IMG/VR virus record: IMGVR_UViG_3300037237_000057
DNA: 64,000 nt
DNA from: an uncultured virus (IMG/VR IMGVR_UViG_3300037237_000057)
Lineage: Duplodnaviria > Heunggongvirae > Uroviricota > Caudoviricetes
Reading direction: 5' to 3' (one strand)
A program made the translations under genes and the position numbers. Shown in pieces: positions 31,601 to 40,702 of this stretch (position 1 is the stretch's first letter; each line of letters begins with the position of its first letter). A model generated the notes under the pieces. That model searched no databases. It was not told where the DNA came from and saw nothing but the letters and a program-made list of their open reading frames with translations.

Positions 31601-34600
31601 TCATGAAATACTCGCCCTGATACTTCCACTTGTTCTGATCGGGATCGGTAACGAGCTTTTCTTCGGGCTCGGTGAGGGGCAACGCTTCACGGTGGGCGGT
31701 AGCCTCAACCTCATCATCATGCTGTTTGATTTCGCGCCGCAACTTTTCGGCTGTGTTGACTAAATTGTCCGCGCCACCCCATGAGTGAACTTCTTTCTTG
31801 ATCTCGTCGAGTTCTTTTCGTGCGGCGCTGAGTTCCTTCTTTTCAGATAATCCCATCAGAGCTTCGGCATTCCGAGTTGCCGTCTTCGTGGCTATCAACT
31901 TGCGAATCTCTTCCTGCCTGGAATTGTTCTTTTCGATGCGGCTCTCGATCTCGGCCAACTGTGCGACTCTCTGCTCATGCACCGACGGTCCATCCGTGCC
32001 TGGTGCGACTGCCTTAGCCTCGGCCTTCACTACCGCTGGAGCTATAGGCTTCATCCCCGCGCGCTCGCGCGCCGCCGCCGAGAATGTAGGCTTGGTGGGC
32101 GCAGGTTTCGCCTCCATCACCTTTGCATCATCTGGCGTCATGGCGGTTGCGCCGGAGCCGCGCATGGTCTGACTGAGAACCTTGGCTTTATCGAAGAGGT
32201 CTTTGTCTTTCTTAAGAGTCTCAACGTCCTTGGTCCAATCTGCTAGCGTCTGCAACCGGATAGCGCCAATCTTCGCATTTTCGAGGTTGCTGAAATTATT
32301 GCTGGCAACTAAGCCACTGGCCACGTGGGACACGTCGTAGGTTCCCTTGTTGACGATCGCCTTATGCGCAACCAGACCTCCTAGTCCCTCACCTTTGATT
32401 GGCGCCATCGCTCCCTTCGGACCCTGCGGAGTGAATGTCGTAGGTTTGAACTGCGCAGCCTTAAGTTTGTCCCGCATCTCTGCGGTGAATCGCGTCTGGA
32501 GTTCGGTAGTACGGGCACGCTCTTTGTCGGCGGTCTCGCGCTTGGCTAATTCATCCGCCTTGGTTGCCGCCTCGCGCTCAGACTTATCTTTGGCTCTTGC
32601 CTCGAACTCATCCTTGGCTGCTTTGTTGAATGAGGTCCAACGATCCTCTTTCTCGATGCCAGAACGGTCGAGCACACTCTCCCATCCCGCCTTGGCAAGA
32701 TCGTGAATCTTGCCGATCTTCAACCGTCCATTGTCCCACGTCATCTGATAGCGCCCATCGCGGATGATTAGCTGGTCGCCCTCAATGATGGCTGGCTTGT
32801 CTTTCTCCTGGTATGTGCGGAGGGTTCGCTCGATGTCCTCGCGCTGGCCGCCGCGTTCCGGCTGTGCAGAGCCGATGGTGATGTCTGAGGGTTCAGTTTT
32901 CTTGCCGCCGCCTTCATCGCCCTTCCGAACGGGTCGTCCTCCGGGTTCGTGTACTGGATGAACATCGCTCCCTGCATTTTCTTTCTCCTTCCCTTCAACC
33001 GACTGCGCGTAGTCGTGCTCCGTCTTGGAAACGACCCACTCCGTTCCGTCTGCACCGTGGATGCGATAGGACGGAACCTTGATGCCAGCCTTTTGCTGTG
33101 CGCGGAGTTCGTTGTACTTAATCGTGGTCGGATGGCTCTGGTTCCCGGTTGGCACTCCGGCCCGGCGCATCGCTCCCAGTTCGCGGTCCAACTTTCTCTC
33201 TGCTGCATCGTCCTGGACCTGCTTGATGGACGTGGTTCCCCCGCCCGCCATCCGTTCGTCGATGATCTGGCGACGGGTGAGAACTTGGCCGGATTCGCGC
33301 CTAACCTGGGTATCGAGGTACTTGTCGGCCTTCGCTTGCTGGGCGCGCTTGAACCGCTCAGTGAGAGATTCTGGCTTCTTCGGTGTGGACGCTACTGTCG
33401 GAGATTCATTGGACTTAGGTTCTCCGCCGCCGATTTGGTCTGTACGCGCCGGGCGCTCTGCAATCTTCGCCCGGGCCGTCTTCGAGAACTGCGGCCCCTT
33501 TTCCGCAATCTCAACAGGCTTTTCAACAGGGGCTACTTCTTCCTTGCGATTCTCTGCCCCGCCCGGCTTTTCGACGGCGCTTTCTCGGGGAGCTTCAGCC
33601 CCTTGCTGCTGTCCTGCCACTCCTTCGCGCCCGCCGCCCCCAGGGCTTTCTTTGCGCTCGGGGTGTACAGCCATCTCCGCTGGCTTTCCGACTTCGCTGG
33701 CATTGGCTTTTTCCTCCTTGGGAATGTTTGCAGTTGCACCGGCAGGCTGCTCTGGGCTGTTCCGCTGTTCATGTCCCGGCTCCTTCGCCAGAGTCCCGTC
33801 GAGATCCACGTAGAGAGCTTTCCCCGCTGGAACCTCCGGCATTTGAAACGGCTTATCTTGATTTGTCGATACGTTGACCTCGTTATCGAGCAGTGCGCCG
33901 AAGTCATGACCCTTGACGTTGGTTACGGGGATGTCGCCAAGCCCGTTCTTCTGGACCCACACGGTAACCTCGGGGTCGCCAGCGCGCGCAGTGAATATCT
34001 TGACGGGGATTCCCTTGGCCGCGAGAGCCTTGATCTGCTCTACGCGCGTGGTCAGCGCTGGGCCTGGGGGCGTCTGTGGGACGTTGGCGGTTGCATCGGC
34101 GGGCGTGATGTCCTTGCCGTTGGCTAGAACCGAACCCTTGAGCGTGTTGACCATCCACCGGCCGCCGTTGGGTTCGTTGGGGTTTCCGCCCTTGATGGTG
34201 CCTGCGGTGCCGTCCTTGAGGGTGACAGGCGTTCCCTTGGTGAGTGGCTTGGCTGGCGCAGGGTTGCCGAGTTGCGTTTGATCCTTGGACTCTGACAGCG
34301 CGGCGCGGCCTTGGTTCTCCGGTTGCTTGGCGTCCTGAGCCTTGGCTTTATCCATGGCGGCCTTGATCTGCGCGCCGAGGTCGTCAACCTCCTTCTGAGC
34401 GGCCTTGTGCTGCCAGGTTCCGGGCTTTGCCGCGTCAAGGTCTGCCTGCGCCTCTTTCTGCTGGGCGTAGAGGTCGTCCGTCTCCTTCATAGCCTTGGCG
34501 ACCGCCGGGCCCGGGATCACCTGCAACTCTGAAACCTGATTCGGTTCACCGGGCTTGCCGGTCTGCACGCCATATTGAGGGATGTCCAGACCGTTATTGT

Positions 34601-36224
34601 CGATCTTGTCCTTCTGGACCACCGGCAACTGAGACTCGATGGCCTGCTGGACAGCGGGCACAGCGTCGGGGTTCGGAGCGACCACGCGCACACCGAGATT
34701 GTCGATGTTGGTCTCGGGGGGCTTGCCGCGGTCGTCCTTGTTCTCCATCGAGTCTGTGGACTTCACGCGCGGGCCGACGACTTCGGCGCCGGGAACGGCG
34801 GCGGCCACCTGATGCGCGGCCTGCTCCAATACGGGTTTCTGATCTTGCGCCGACTGGCGGAGTTCGGCGGGTTCGCCGCTGGCCTGTACCGCTGGACGCT
34901 GGCCCGCTTCTGGAGCGGCTGGGGCGTTTGGCGCTACGGAGGGGGGAATGGTCACCGGGGGTGCCTGCGGCGCGGCCTGGGGCGATTCTGGGGCAGGTTG
35001 GATATTGGATGGCGGGGCAACCATCACGGCGGCGCTGTTTGGCTGCGGCGGGAGCGGCGGAGTTGGCACTGGCGGCGGAACGATCTTTGGGATGATCGGC
35101 TTGGCTTTGCCTGCTGTCTCCCGTGGAGCTGGAAGGCCGGGACGATTAATTAGAGCATTGCCCTCGGCATCGACCACGACGCCTTTGTCTGCGGGGATCT
35201 CTGCGGGAGGCATGAATTGTGTTGGCGGCGTGGTGCGCTCGACGGCGGTGCTGGGATTGACGGGGGGCGGTGAGTTCTGCGGATTCGGCGGAGCCTCGCC
35301 CGCAGTGGTCGCCGGGAGTTGCGGCGCGGCTGCTTTTGGTAGCGGCAGTGTCGGCGTGTCGTCCGGAAACTCTACCGGAGGCTTCGCTCCAGCTCCGAGT
35401 TGCAGCGGCTCGTTCGGAAACTCCACCGGAGGCGTGGAAGGCTCGCTGACAGATGGGCGGCCTGTGTCTACCGGGAAAGCGTCATGCAATGCACCGAATC
35501 CCGTCAGGACGGTCACAAGCGCGCCGAGTCCCGTCTCTACCGCAAACTTCGCCGCCTCGGGATTGTCGCCGTTCTTGTGGGCCTCATACGCGGCTTCGGC
35601 GCTGTCGTATGTTCCCTTAGCCGCCTGTGTCGAGTAGAGTGCCATCAGCGGCTTCGCTTCGGGCAGCGCCGCCAACTGAGCTAATCCAGAGTAGCTCGTC
35701 ATCGGCTGAATGAATTGGTTGGCCCCCTGAAGTCCCTTGACGACATAGGGGTTATCGCCAGACTTCAGGGCGGCAGCAACTCGTGGATGCTGTGCCGAGA
35801 ATTGAGCCTGAGTCTGCGCCGTTCTCGCTTGAGCCTCTGGCGTCTCCGCCATGTTTGTCGGCGCGGTTAAGGCGTCCGGCAACTGCGGCAGGGATTCTCT
35901 GTTCTGCTGGTAGGTTGGTGACGATTCAGATTCGGTAGGCTGGAGATGCAGCGCCTGAGCCACTCCCGGCATCTCGGTATTGATCGATCTGCCGATAACA
36001 CTATTTGCGATTGATTCCCGCGCGCGCTGAGACCATGTGAGCGGGGGCGCGGCGGAGACCGTATCCTGCGGGCGCATGGGAGTTGGATGCGTGGAGATGG
36101 ATGATGGCTGCGAGGTCGGAGCTGCTTTAGGCAATGGCATTGCCGTGCTGTCGTCGAACGTAACTCCAGCGCTTTGGATTGGAGTTGCTGTCGTCTCGTC
36201 AAACTGGACCGCGCTGGTTGACAT
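28605..36224 (-). CDS. Giant internal virion (ejection)/polyvalent protein with RelA/SpoT-like and permuted HAD domains
   Basis: 2539 aa, last of three helical Ala/Gln-rich ORFs after the tail genes. Has N-terminal xFDxx repeats, Pro-rich linkers, a helical C-terminal region and embedded enzyme motifs. Confidence 0.75.
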   Translation of the reverse strand: MSTSAVQFDETTATPIQSAGVTFDDSTAMPLPKAAPTSQPSSISTHPTPMRPQDTVSAAPPLTWSQRARESIANSVIGRSINTEMPGVAQALHLQPTESESSPTYQQNRESLPQLPDALTAPTNMAETPEAQARTAQTQAQFSAQHPRVAAALKSGDNPYVVKGLQGANQFIQPMTSYSGLAQLAALPEAKPLMALYSTQAAKGTYDSAEAAYEAHKNGDNPEAAKFAVETGLGALVTVLTGFGALHDAFPVDTGRPSVSEPSTPPVEFPNEPLQLGAGAKPPVEFPDDTPTLPLPKAAAPQLPATTAGEAPPNPQNSPPPVNPSTAVERTTPPTQFMPPAEIPADKGVVVDAEGNALINRPGLPAPRETAGKAKPIIPKIVPPPVPTPPLPPQPNSAAVMVAPPSNIQPAPESPQAAPQAPPVTIPPSVAPNAPAAPEAGQRPAVQASGEPAELRQSAQDQKPVLEQAAHQVAAAVPGAEVVGPRVKSTDSMENKDDRGKPPETNIDNLGVRVVAPNPDAVPAVQQAIESQLPVVQKDKIDNNGLDIPQYGVQTGKPGEPNQVSELQVIPGPAVAKAMKETDDLYAQQKEAQADLDAAKPGTWQHKAAQKEVDDLGAQIKAAMDKAKAQDAKQPENQGRAALSESKDQTQLGNPAPAKPLTKGTPVTLKDGTAGTIKGGNPNEPNGGRWMVNTLKGSVLANGKDITPADATANVPQTPPGPALTTRVEQIKALAAKGIPVKIFTARAGDPEVTVWVQKNGLGDIPVTNVKGHDFGALLDNEVNVSTNQDKPFQMPEVPAGKALYVDLDGTLAKEPGHEQRNSPEQPAGATANIPKEEKANASEVGKPAEMAVHPERKESPGGGGREGVAGQQQGAEAPRESAVEKPGGAENRKEEVAPVEKPVEIAEKGPQFSKTARAKIAERPARTDQIGGGEPKSNESPTVASTPKKPESLTERFKRAQQAKADKYLDTQVRRESGQVLTRRQIIDERMAGGGTTSIKQVQDDAAERKLDRELGAMRRAGVPTGNQSHPTTIKYNELRAQQKAGIKVPSYRIHGADGTEWVVSKTEHDYAQSVEGKEKENAGSDVHPVHEPGGRPVRKGDEGGGKKTEPSDITIGSAQPERGGQREDIERTLRTYQEKDKPAIIEGDQLIIRDGRYQMTWDNGRLKIGKIHDLAKAGWESVLDRSGIEKEDRWTSFNKAAKDEFEARAKDKSEREAATKADELAKRETADKERARTTELQTRFTAEMRDKLKAAQFKPTTFTPQGPKGAMAPIKGEGLGGLVAHKAIVNKGTYDVSHVASGLVASNNFSNLENAKIGAIRLQTLADWTKDVETLKKDKDLFDKAKVLSQTMRGSGATAMTPDDAKVMEAKPAPTKPTFSAAARERAGMKPIAPAVVKAEAKAVAPGTDGPSVHEQRVAQLAEIESRIEKNNSRQEEIRKLIATKTATRNAEALMGLSEKKELSAARKELDEIKKEVHSWGGADNLVNTAEKLRREIKQHDDEVEATAHREALPLTEPEEKLVTDPDQNKWKYQGEYFMKALEPVRDAWLEKYETVPGVNGVLDWKAVVKKNEYLKKPEQRPEKFPDEFIRIEVPGDGKFLVLNQPAAIDKILRSAPAAFSKPSSTIPGTTPRSVPRAPKELDTANLMRQYKAEIEETEQDLERAEPKDKQFLQEKLDAAKENLANMEKSAAEAKQKKSDLGSTFYTGFADPQLFNRLFPDIGDRMADWLSDAPGHGDTQRAMMRETRGEMDRKVAIAIHKLKDASKEWRTRTRDDSMKFWNAVESGRVDTLAPRDQALANLFKGAFDSMRGQLQALKPEVLQDYIENYFPHIWERPSQVSATIKALITGKKPFAGKGSFLKQRTIPTMQDGIDLGFKPVSWNPVDSFLTKYAEMAQFLMGHQTLKMMQDSGTAKMVRIGKQPPEGWTQLDDRIGTVQNYDDEGHLYIRGHYYAPAEAARIFNNFVSRGMAGRSTIYDTLNWANQNLNALQLGISAFHASTTSINAATSDVALGIQQLAEGKPLRAGLSLAKGASVFPSLLHTMVNGSRLMREYLTPGSYAKMAEEAKALASAGGRIRQNTIELKPLDKVINAWRNGAVLEGLTPIPAAILHAAVAPVMDFYVPRMKLGAFYGMAHDILDSAQKQGWTETLTRSRMQEAWDSIDNRFGQVVYDNLFWHKGVRDALNLSTRSVGWNFGSYRELGGAVADVGKAAGRAGTGQIPRVTPRLAFGIALPLVSALFGGVLNYLWTGKKPETWKDYFYPKTTNGERHSIPGYMKDVFSFANAPGKTVLNKMAPIWGATAEAIENRDFYGTEIRHKDDPVMKQLAEFSRWAAAQAIPFSVSGAEKLLQQRGSGPSLQEMLAEAKKHPGDVALGQLGFQPAPAFIQNSPAINAAREYNQANRPPGTKTAEQTAHYQALDAISEMYRTGDIDQTQIDKYVDEGKVTDKDVRRAERESDEPPIVRAVKNLTIEQMLNVWEKASADEREEMEPILDRHERDIEKVTDEEQQDKLYKAFDKAMGEASQQPEAAQDKGVI

Positions 36225-37811
36225 CTATTTCACCTGGCCGAGGTCTTTCTTTTGGCCGTCCCGGTAATGCCACTGACCATCGGAGCCGAACGCCATATCA
36301 GCCGCGCCCTGCGGCGGTGGTGCTGTCGGTGTCGGCGGGGCTGGCTTATTAGTCTGCGGCGTAGCAGTCGTCTTCCCAGCAGCAGCGGCCCTACGCGCAG
36401 CATCTCCGCTTGGCTTCCCTCCGCCAGCATCAGCCGCATTGAACCGGACACCGAGCTTCGCCATCTTCTTCTGGCCCAACTGCTGGTCGAGTTTTGTAGA
36501 GATGTCGTTCTTTTTGTCGGTGTACTCGTTTGGATTCAGCACATCGTTTGGATTGTTGGGGTTCACATACTCGTTGCGGCGCGGGTCGTAAGTGTATTTG
36601 TCCTGGAGAGTCTTGACCTCCTCCGTCGCCGCATCGATCATCGATTGCCGGAATTGGCTCTTGTCGCCGCCGTCAGCCGCCGCCTTATACTCAAACTTCT
36701 TGAGCTCAGTGGCCGCCATGGTCTTAGCCGCCCCATTGAGGGCTGCCTTGCGCGCTGGATCCTTCTCAAGCGCCGCAGCCGCAACAGTCGCCTCATAGCT
36801 GGTTGGCGTCTTCCCCTGGCCCTGGAAGTCGGCAACCTGCTGTTTAATGTCGGCAAGCTGGCCGGCAACTCGCGCCGTCTCCTGGCGCGCGCCCGCAATG
36901 TCCTCACGAGATTTAGCCGTCTCACCAGCCGCGTAGTTCTTGCCGATGTCGTTGATGGACGTGATGATGTCCTTGGCGCGCCCGGTATCTTCAGAGAATG
37001 TCTTCTCTGCTGTTGTCGCCTGCTGGTCAAGCGAGCCCTGCTGTGCGGCCTGCCGCTGGGCTGCGATCGAGAACTGGCGTGTGGGCGCGCTGTAGGGCGT
37101 AGCACCGACCGATGCTGGGTCGAGTGCCCCCTTCAGGGCTCCAAAGATGCCATGCTCGGACAATCCCTCAAGGCCTCCAACGATTCCGCGCACGATCCGG
37201 CGTCCGGCCGTGGGGGCATACTCGGGGTGATTCGGGTCAAATTCCTGTGGAGGCAGTGTCCGCTTCGCCTGAATAGGCGCTAGTGTTTGAGCCAGCGTAG
37301 GCTGGGCCTGGAGCTTTGAGGCAAAGTTTTCCGCCATCATTCCAGCCCGCTGGATGCCCTGCTGGTTCGGATCAGTGGCCGTTCCTGTCGGCGTAATCGT
37401 CGCCGGCACCGCTGGCGCACCGCTGTTATCTGTTGGCGGAGCGGTCTGGCTGCTTGCTGGTGCCTGCGACTGTGCAAGCTGTTGGCCAAGGCTGGAAGTA
37501 GCCGGCTGCGCGCCCGTGGGTGCCTGCTGGATGGACGATGTACCGGCAGTCTGGGGAGGCTTTGACTCCGGCGCTACCGTGGGCTGTGCCGTACCGGTCG
37601 CCTGGGCCATGGCGCTCATGTCGCCGGCGCTGGGCACAGTCCCGGCATTCTGACCAACTCCTGCGGGAGTGAATGGGACGCCCGCCCGCTTTGCCGCGAG
37701 ATACCCTTGCGGGTCCCCGGAGGCAAGCATCTCGTCAGGGTCAATGCCCATGGCCGCAATGGGCGATGCGGACGGAATTATAGACTGCAGATCATCGATG
37801 TCTGGTCCCAT
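36225..37811 (-). CDS. Internal virion (ejection) protein
   Basis: 528 aa, Ala/Gln-rich, Gly-rich amphipathic segment; position typical of a podovirus ejectosome. Confidence 0.65.
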   Translation of the reverse strand: MGPDIDDLQSIIPSASPIAAMGIDPDEMLASGDPQGYLAAKRAGVPFTPAGVGQNAGTVPSAGDMSAMAQATGTAQPTVAPESKPPQTAGTSSIQQAPTGAQPATSSLGQQLAQSQAPASSQTAPPTDNSGAPAVPATITPTGTATDPNQQGIQRAGMMAENFASKLQAQPTLAQTLAPIQAKRTLPPQEFDPNHPEYAPTAGRRIVRGIVGGLEGLSEHGIFGALKGALDPASVGATPYSAPTRQFSIAAQRQAAQQGSLDQQATTAEKTFSEDTGRAKDIITSINDIGKNYAAGETAKSREDIAGARQETARVAGQLADIKQQVADFQGQGKTPTSYEATVAAAALEKDPARKAALNGAAKTMAATELKKFEYKAAADGGDKSQFRQSMIDAATEEVKTLQDKYTYDPRRNEYVNPNNPNDVLNPNEYTDKKNDISTKLDQQLGQKKMAKLGVRFNAADAGGGKPSGDAARRAAAAGKTTATPQTNKPAPPTPTAPPPQGAADMAFGSDGQWHYRDGQKKDLGQVK

Positions 37812-37815
37812 GCTC

Positions 37816-38829
37816 TTAGCTCCCTGCTCCTACAAGTCTTTCGCCAATCTGGCCCCACCGCTCCATACTCACGAGGCGTTCAGCATCACCTACCCCCAAC
37901 GACCATAGGCCCTCGGCCATGTATGTATGTGACCCATCCGTGATTACGTTGTACACGGTATCCTCGCCGTCCTGGTCGATGTGCACCACCGTAGCCGCGC
38001 CGGAACTCGTCGAGATGGTCTTGAATAGAGACCTCGACGCCACGGTAAAGCCGCCCTTGGGCAGCGCAAACGCATGGACAGGAGAGCACCGGATGACATA
38101 TCCGCCGCTGACCTCGACGCGAATAACTCTGCTCTTTGCGGTCTGAATCTCCTCGATGACCTGAGATTCCCCATCGATGCCCTCGATCTCGTCTCCGACA
38201 ACAAGACTCTCCACCGCCCGGTGATTTCCGTCCGCCATCAAGTAGAGCGTTCCCTTGGCTGGGCAGAATGCCGTGATAGCCTGGCCGCCGCCAGTAATGA
38301 GTCCTTGACCCAACTCGTCGAGGAAGCTGGGTGTCTGCGCGGCCTGCTCGCCAACGCTGGCTTGTCCCTGCGCCTCATTTGCTTCCTGAGACCCAAGCGA
38401 ATTCTGTTCGGCAACGATCTGATTTCCGCCACTGAGCACGTCCTGGCCGTACTGGGCACCAGATGCGAGTCTGCTTTGAGTGGCTCCAGCCTCTTGCGTC
38501 CCCATGGTCCGCTGGGCCTGCGCGGCCTCAGCCTCGCCCGCAGCTACGCCGGCGCTGGCATTCTGGCCCGTGCGCTGCGCCTGCTGCTGGGTCTTCGCCG
38601 CCGCTCCCGCGGCTGTCGCATCAGCGGTCCCTGAAAGTTGCTGATTCTCAACCGTCTGCGCCTGGCCACCCTGCACGTAGGGATTGTTAGCCGCAAACTT
38701 GGCGAGCTGCGACTGCTGCGTCCCGATGTCGGCTTGCTCGGCTGCCTGCGATGCGTTTGCCGCCGCCGTCTCGGTTGCAGTGTTAGCCGTCTCGGTCGAT
38801 TCAATCTGTCCCTGCTGGGCTCGTGACAT
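37816..38829 (-). CDS. Internal virion (ejection) protein with C-terminal Hint domain
   Basis: 188-aa Ala/Gln-rich part, then CPAKGTLYLMADG...VESLVVGD (block A), CSPVHAF (block B) and VYNVITDGSHTYMAEGLWS (blocks F/G). Confidence 0.8.
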   Translation of the reverse strand: MSRAQQGQIESTETANTATETAAANASQAAEQADIGTQQSQLAKFAANNPYVQGGQAQTVENQQLSGTADATAAGAAAKTQQQAQRTGQNASAGVAAGEAEAAQAQRTMGTQEAGATQSRLASGAQYGQDVLSGGNQIVAEQNSLGSQEANEAQGQASVGEQAAQTPSFLDELGQGLITGGGQAITAFCPAKGTLYLMADGNHRAVESLVVGDEIEGIDGESQVIEEIQTAKSRVIRVEVSGGYVIRCSPVHAFALPKGGFTVASRSLFKTISTSSGAATVVHIDQDGEDTVYNVITDGSHTYMAEGLWSLGVGDAERLVSMERWGQIGERLVGAGS

Positions 38830-38833
38830 TGGT

Positions 38834-39265
38834 TTAACCCTCCAAATCCCTATAGAAGTGTGCCAGACGGTCATCGTTCTGGATGAATCCCGCCTTGTCG
38901 AGCGGCTTGCCAATCTGATCTCTTAGCCCAATCGGTACATCGCAGTGGATCCCGCGATAACCGAGCCACGAGAGCACGCCGACTAAACCATCTATATCCC
39001 GCCGCGCGAATGCCGTAGCCCTCGGGTCACAGCCCGCAAACATCAACTCAGCCCGGCGCTCTACCCAAATGGCCTGCACCGGGTCCTCGGACCCTTCCGT
39101 GACTCCCACCAGCGCAACCGGGACCTGCTGCGTAAGACAGCCGTTCCTGTCGAAGAACACGGGCAGCGGGTAATTCGTCCCATCCCGCTCGTTCTGTTCT
39201 TTATGAAACTGCCGGATGAGGCAGAGATTCTCCGGCTTGGCTGGTCTCAGTATGATCCTGTTCAC
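38834..39265 (-). CDS. Hypothetical, possibly GNAT-fold virion assembly protein
   Basis: IILRPAKPENL start and L..AGF end; sits before the ejection genes as in other podoviruses. Confidence 0.5.
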   Translation of the reverse strand: MNRIILRPAKPENLCLIRQFHKEQNERDGTNYPLPVFFDRNGCLTQQVPVALVGVTEGSEDPVQAIWVERRAELMFAGCDPRATAFARRDIDGLVGVLSWLGYRGIHCDVPIGLRDQIGKPLDKAGFIQNDDRLAHFYRDLEG

Positions 39266-39645
39266 TTGATCTGCCTCAAAGCACGGAGCATTTTGTATGG
39301 ACCATGGAAAGATACCTTGTATCCATCGGGAACCAGTGTCGCCAGTGGTCCAAGTTTAATAGGAACCCCGGAAGCTTGAGCGTGAGCCATAACCTTTACG
39401 TGGTTTGCCTCGAGTATCTTAATCTCTGCTTCGATGGCAGCCGCTAGGTCAAGCCCCCCAGCATCGTTCTTGTAGAACGCCCTGCCACACTCTCGGCATA
39501 CTGGCACATGCAGGAGGAGTTGGATGTTGTGCTCGCCGCCCGTGACCTGGTTGAATAGGTGGACGTTGTGGACGTGAGTTCTGCCGTCGATGTGATTGTG
39601 CTCCGGACCCTGCCGAAGCGCCCAATTACCCTGTGGTTCCGTCAT
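39262..39645 (-). CDS. Hypothetical protein
   Basis: Likely start at 39645; contains CRECG. Confidence 0.55.
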   Translation of the reverse strand: MTEPQGNWALRQGPEHNHIDGRTHVHNVHLFNQVTGGEHNIQLLLHVPVCRECGRAFYKNDAGGLDLAAAIEAEIKILEANHVKVMAHAQASGVPIKLGPLATLVPDGYKVSFHGPYKMLRALRQIK

Positions 39646-40702
39646 TGACCACCAACCTTCCACCATTTCCACCAATGTTTTGCCCGCCGCCTACCGATCC
39701 GCCAAATATGCCGCCGCTCACGCCTACAGGATAGGTCCCAGCCGTTCCACCTGTCCCCGCTGGCCCATTCGCAATCGAGATCAGCACGCCGGCTGTGATC
39801 GTCTGTCCACCAGGTGCGCCGCCTGCTCCAACCTGAATTGGAGGGGTAAGCGTTACCGGGTCACTGATGGCGTTGCCGCCAGAGACCACATTCCACGATG
39901 TCACACCGCCGCCGCCGCCGATCGTGACCGTTACCACAGGAAGCACTACCGCGCCGCTTCCGACCACACTGACCGCCCCTGTCGGCGTCATGCCATCCCC
40001 TAGGACCTCGGGGAGCGTCCTTCGCGCCTCGTAGTCGGCACCGTTGTAGCCAACAACCTGCTCGGTGCCGAACGGCACATTGATGATCGATGCTGAGGGG
40101 AGAATTGTTTCCACTCCACCCTTGACCGATGGGTACTGGGTATTCAATCCAGACTTGCCATAAACCCTGATATTGGCAGATGTGCCGGTCGAGTTAGAGG
40201 CGGAATCGACTGTCGCGTAATTGGTCTGATTCAGCACTGTTGCATTCTCGGACGCTGCCGAGGAGACAAGTCCGCTTGAAACCGCGCCCGGCTGCACCTG
40301 GTAGGAGTTCCAATTCGACTGATCGTAGCTAGACCTCAGCCGCCAGAATGCCGTAACCCCAGGTGCCGGCAGCGTGAACTGCGTCGAGGTCTGGACCGGA
40401 AGAGTGGTTGCTGGACCGATGAAACTTGCGACCGAGCAATAGCTTAACTGGTGGTAAATGGTCTTGTTGATCGACTGCGCGGCATTGGTAATCTGCCCAT
40501 TGAATGCCCCGTTTACTCCAGAAACGGTAAATGAGGCTAATGGGGGAGGCGCGCTTGCCGGCTGCTGGGGTGAGTTGGTCGGCTCCAGCACGCTGATCCC
40601 GAGGGCCTCACCCACAACAAGATGCTGGTTAAGCATTCCGAGCAATACGGTTCTGAGTCCAAAATCCTTGATGGCATTGATTTGCGAACGGGAGATGGCC
40701 AC
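39626..40702 (-). CDS. Putative tail protein (FN3-like, Gly-rich C-terminus)
   Basis: Likely GTG start at 40702; beta-rich; follows the nozzle-like gene. Confidence 0.6.
   Translation of the reverse strand: MAISRSQINAIKDFGLRTVLLGMLNQHLVVGEALGISVLEPTNSPQQPASAPPPLASFTVSGVNGAFNGQITNAAQSINKTIYHQLSYCSVASFIGPATTLPVQTSTQFTLPAPGVTAFWRLRSSYDQSNWNSYQVQPGAVSSGLVSSAASENATVLNQTNYATVDSASNSTGTSANIRVYGKSGLNTQYPSVKGGVETILPSASIINVPFGTEQVVGYNGADYEARRTLPEVLGDGMTPTGAVSVVGSGAVVLPVVTVTIGGGGGVTSWNVVSGGNAISDPVTLTPPIQVGAGGAPGGQTITAGVLISIANGPAGTGGTAGTYPVGVSGGIFGGSVGGGQNIGGNGGRLVVNDGTTG

Noticed and set aside
37816..38265. Canonical splicing intein/mobile element
   Set aside because: It lacks the terminal His-Asn plus nucleophile and has no endonuclease; treated as a cleavage-type Hint domain.
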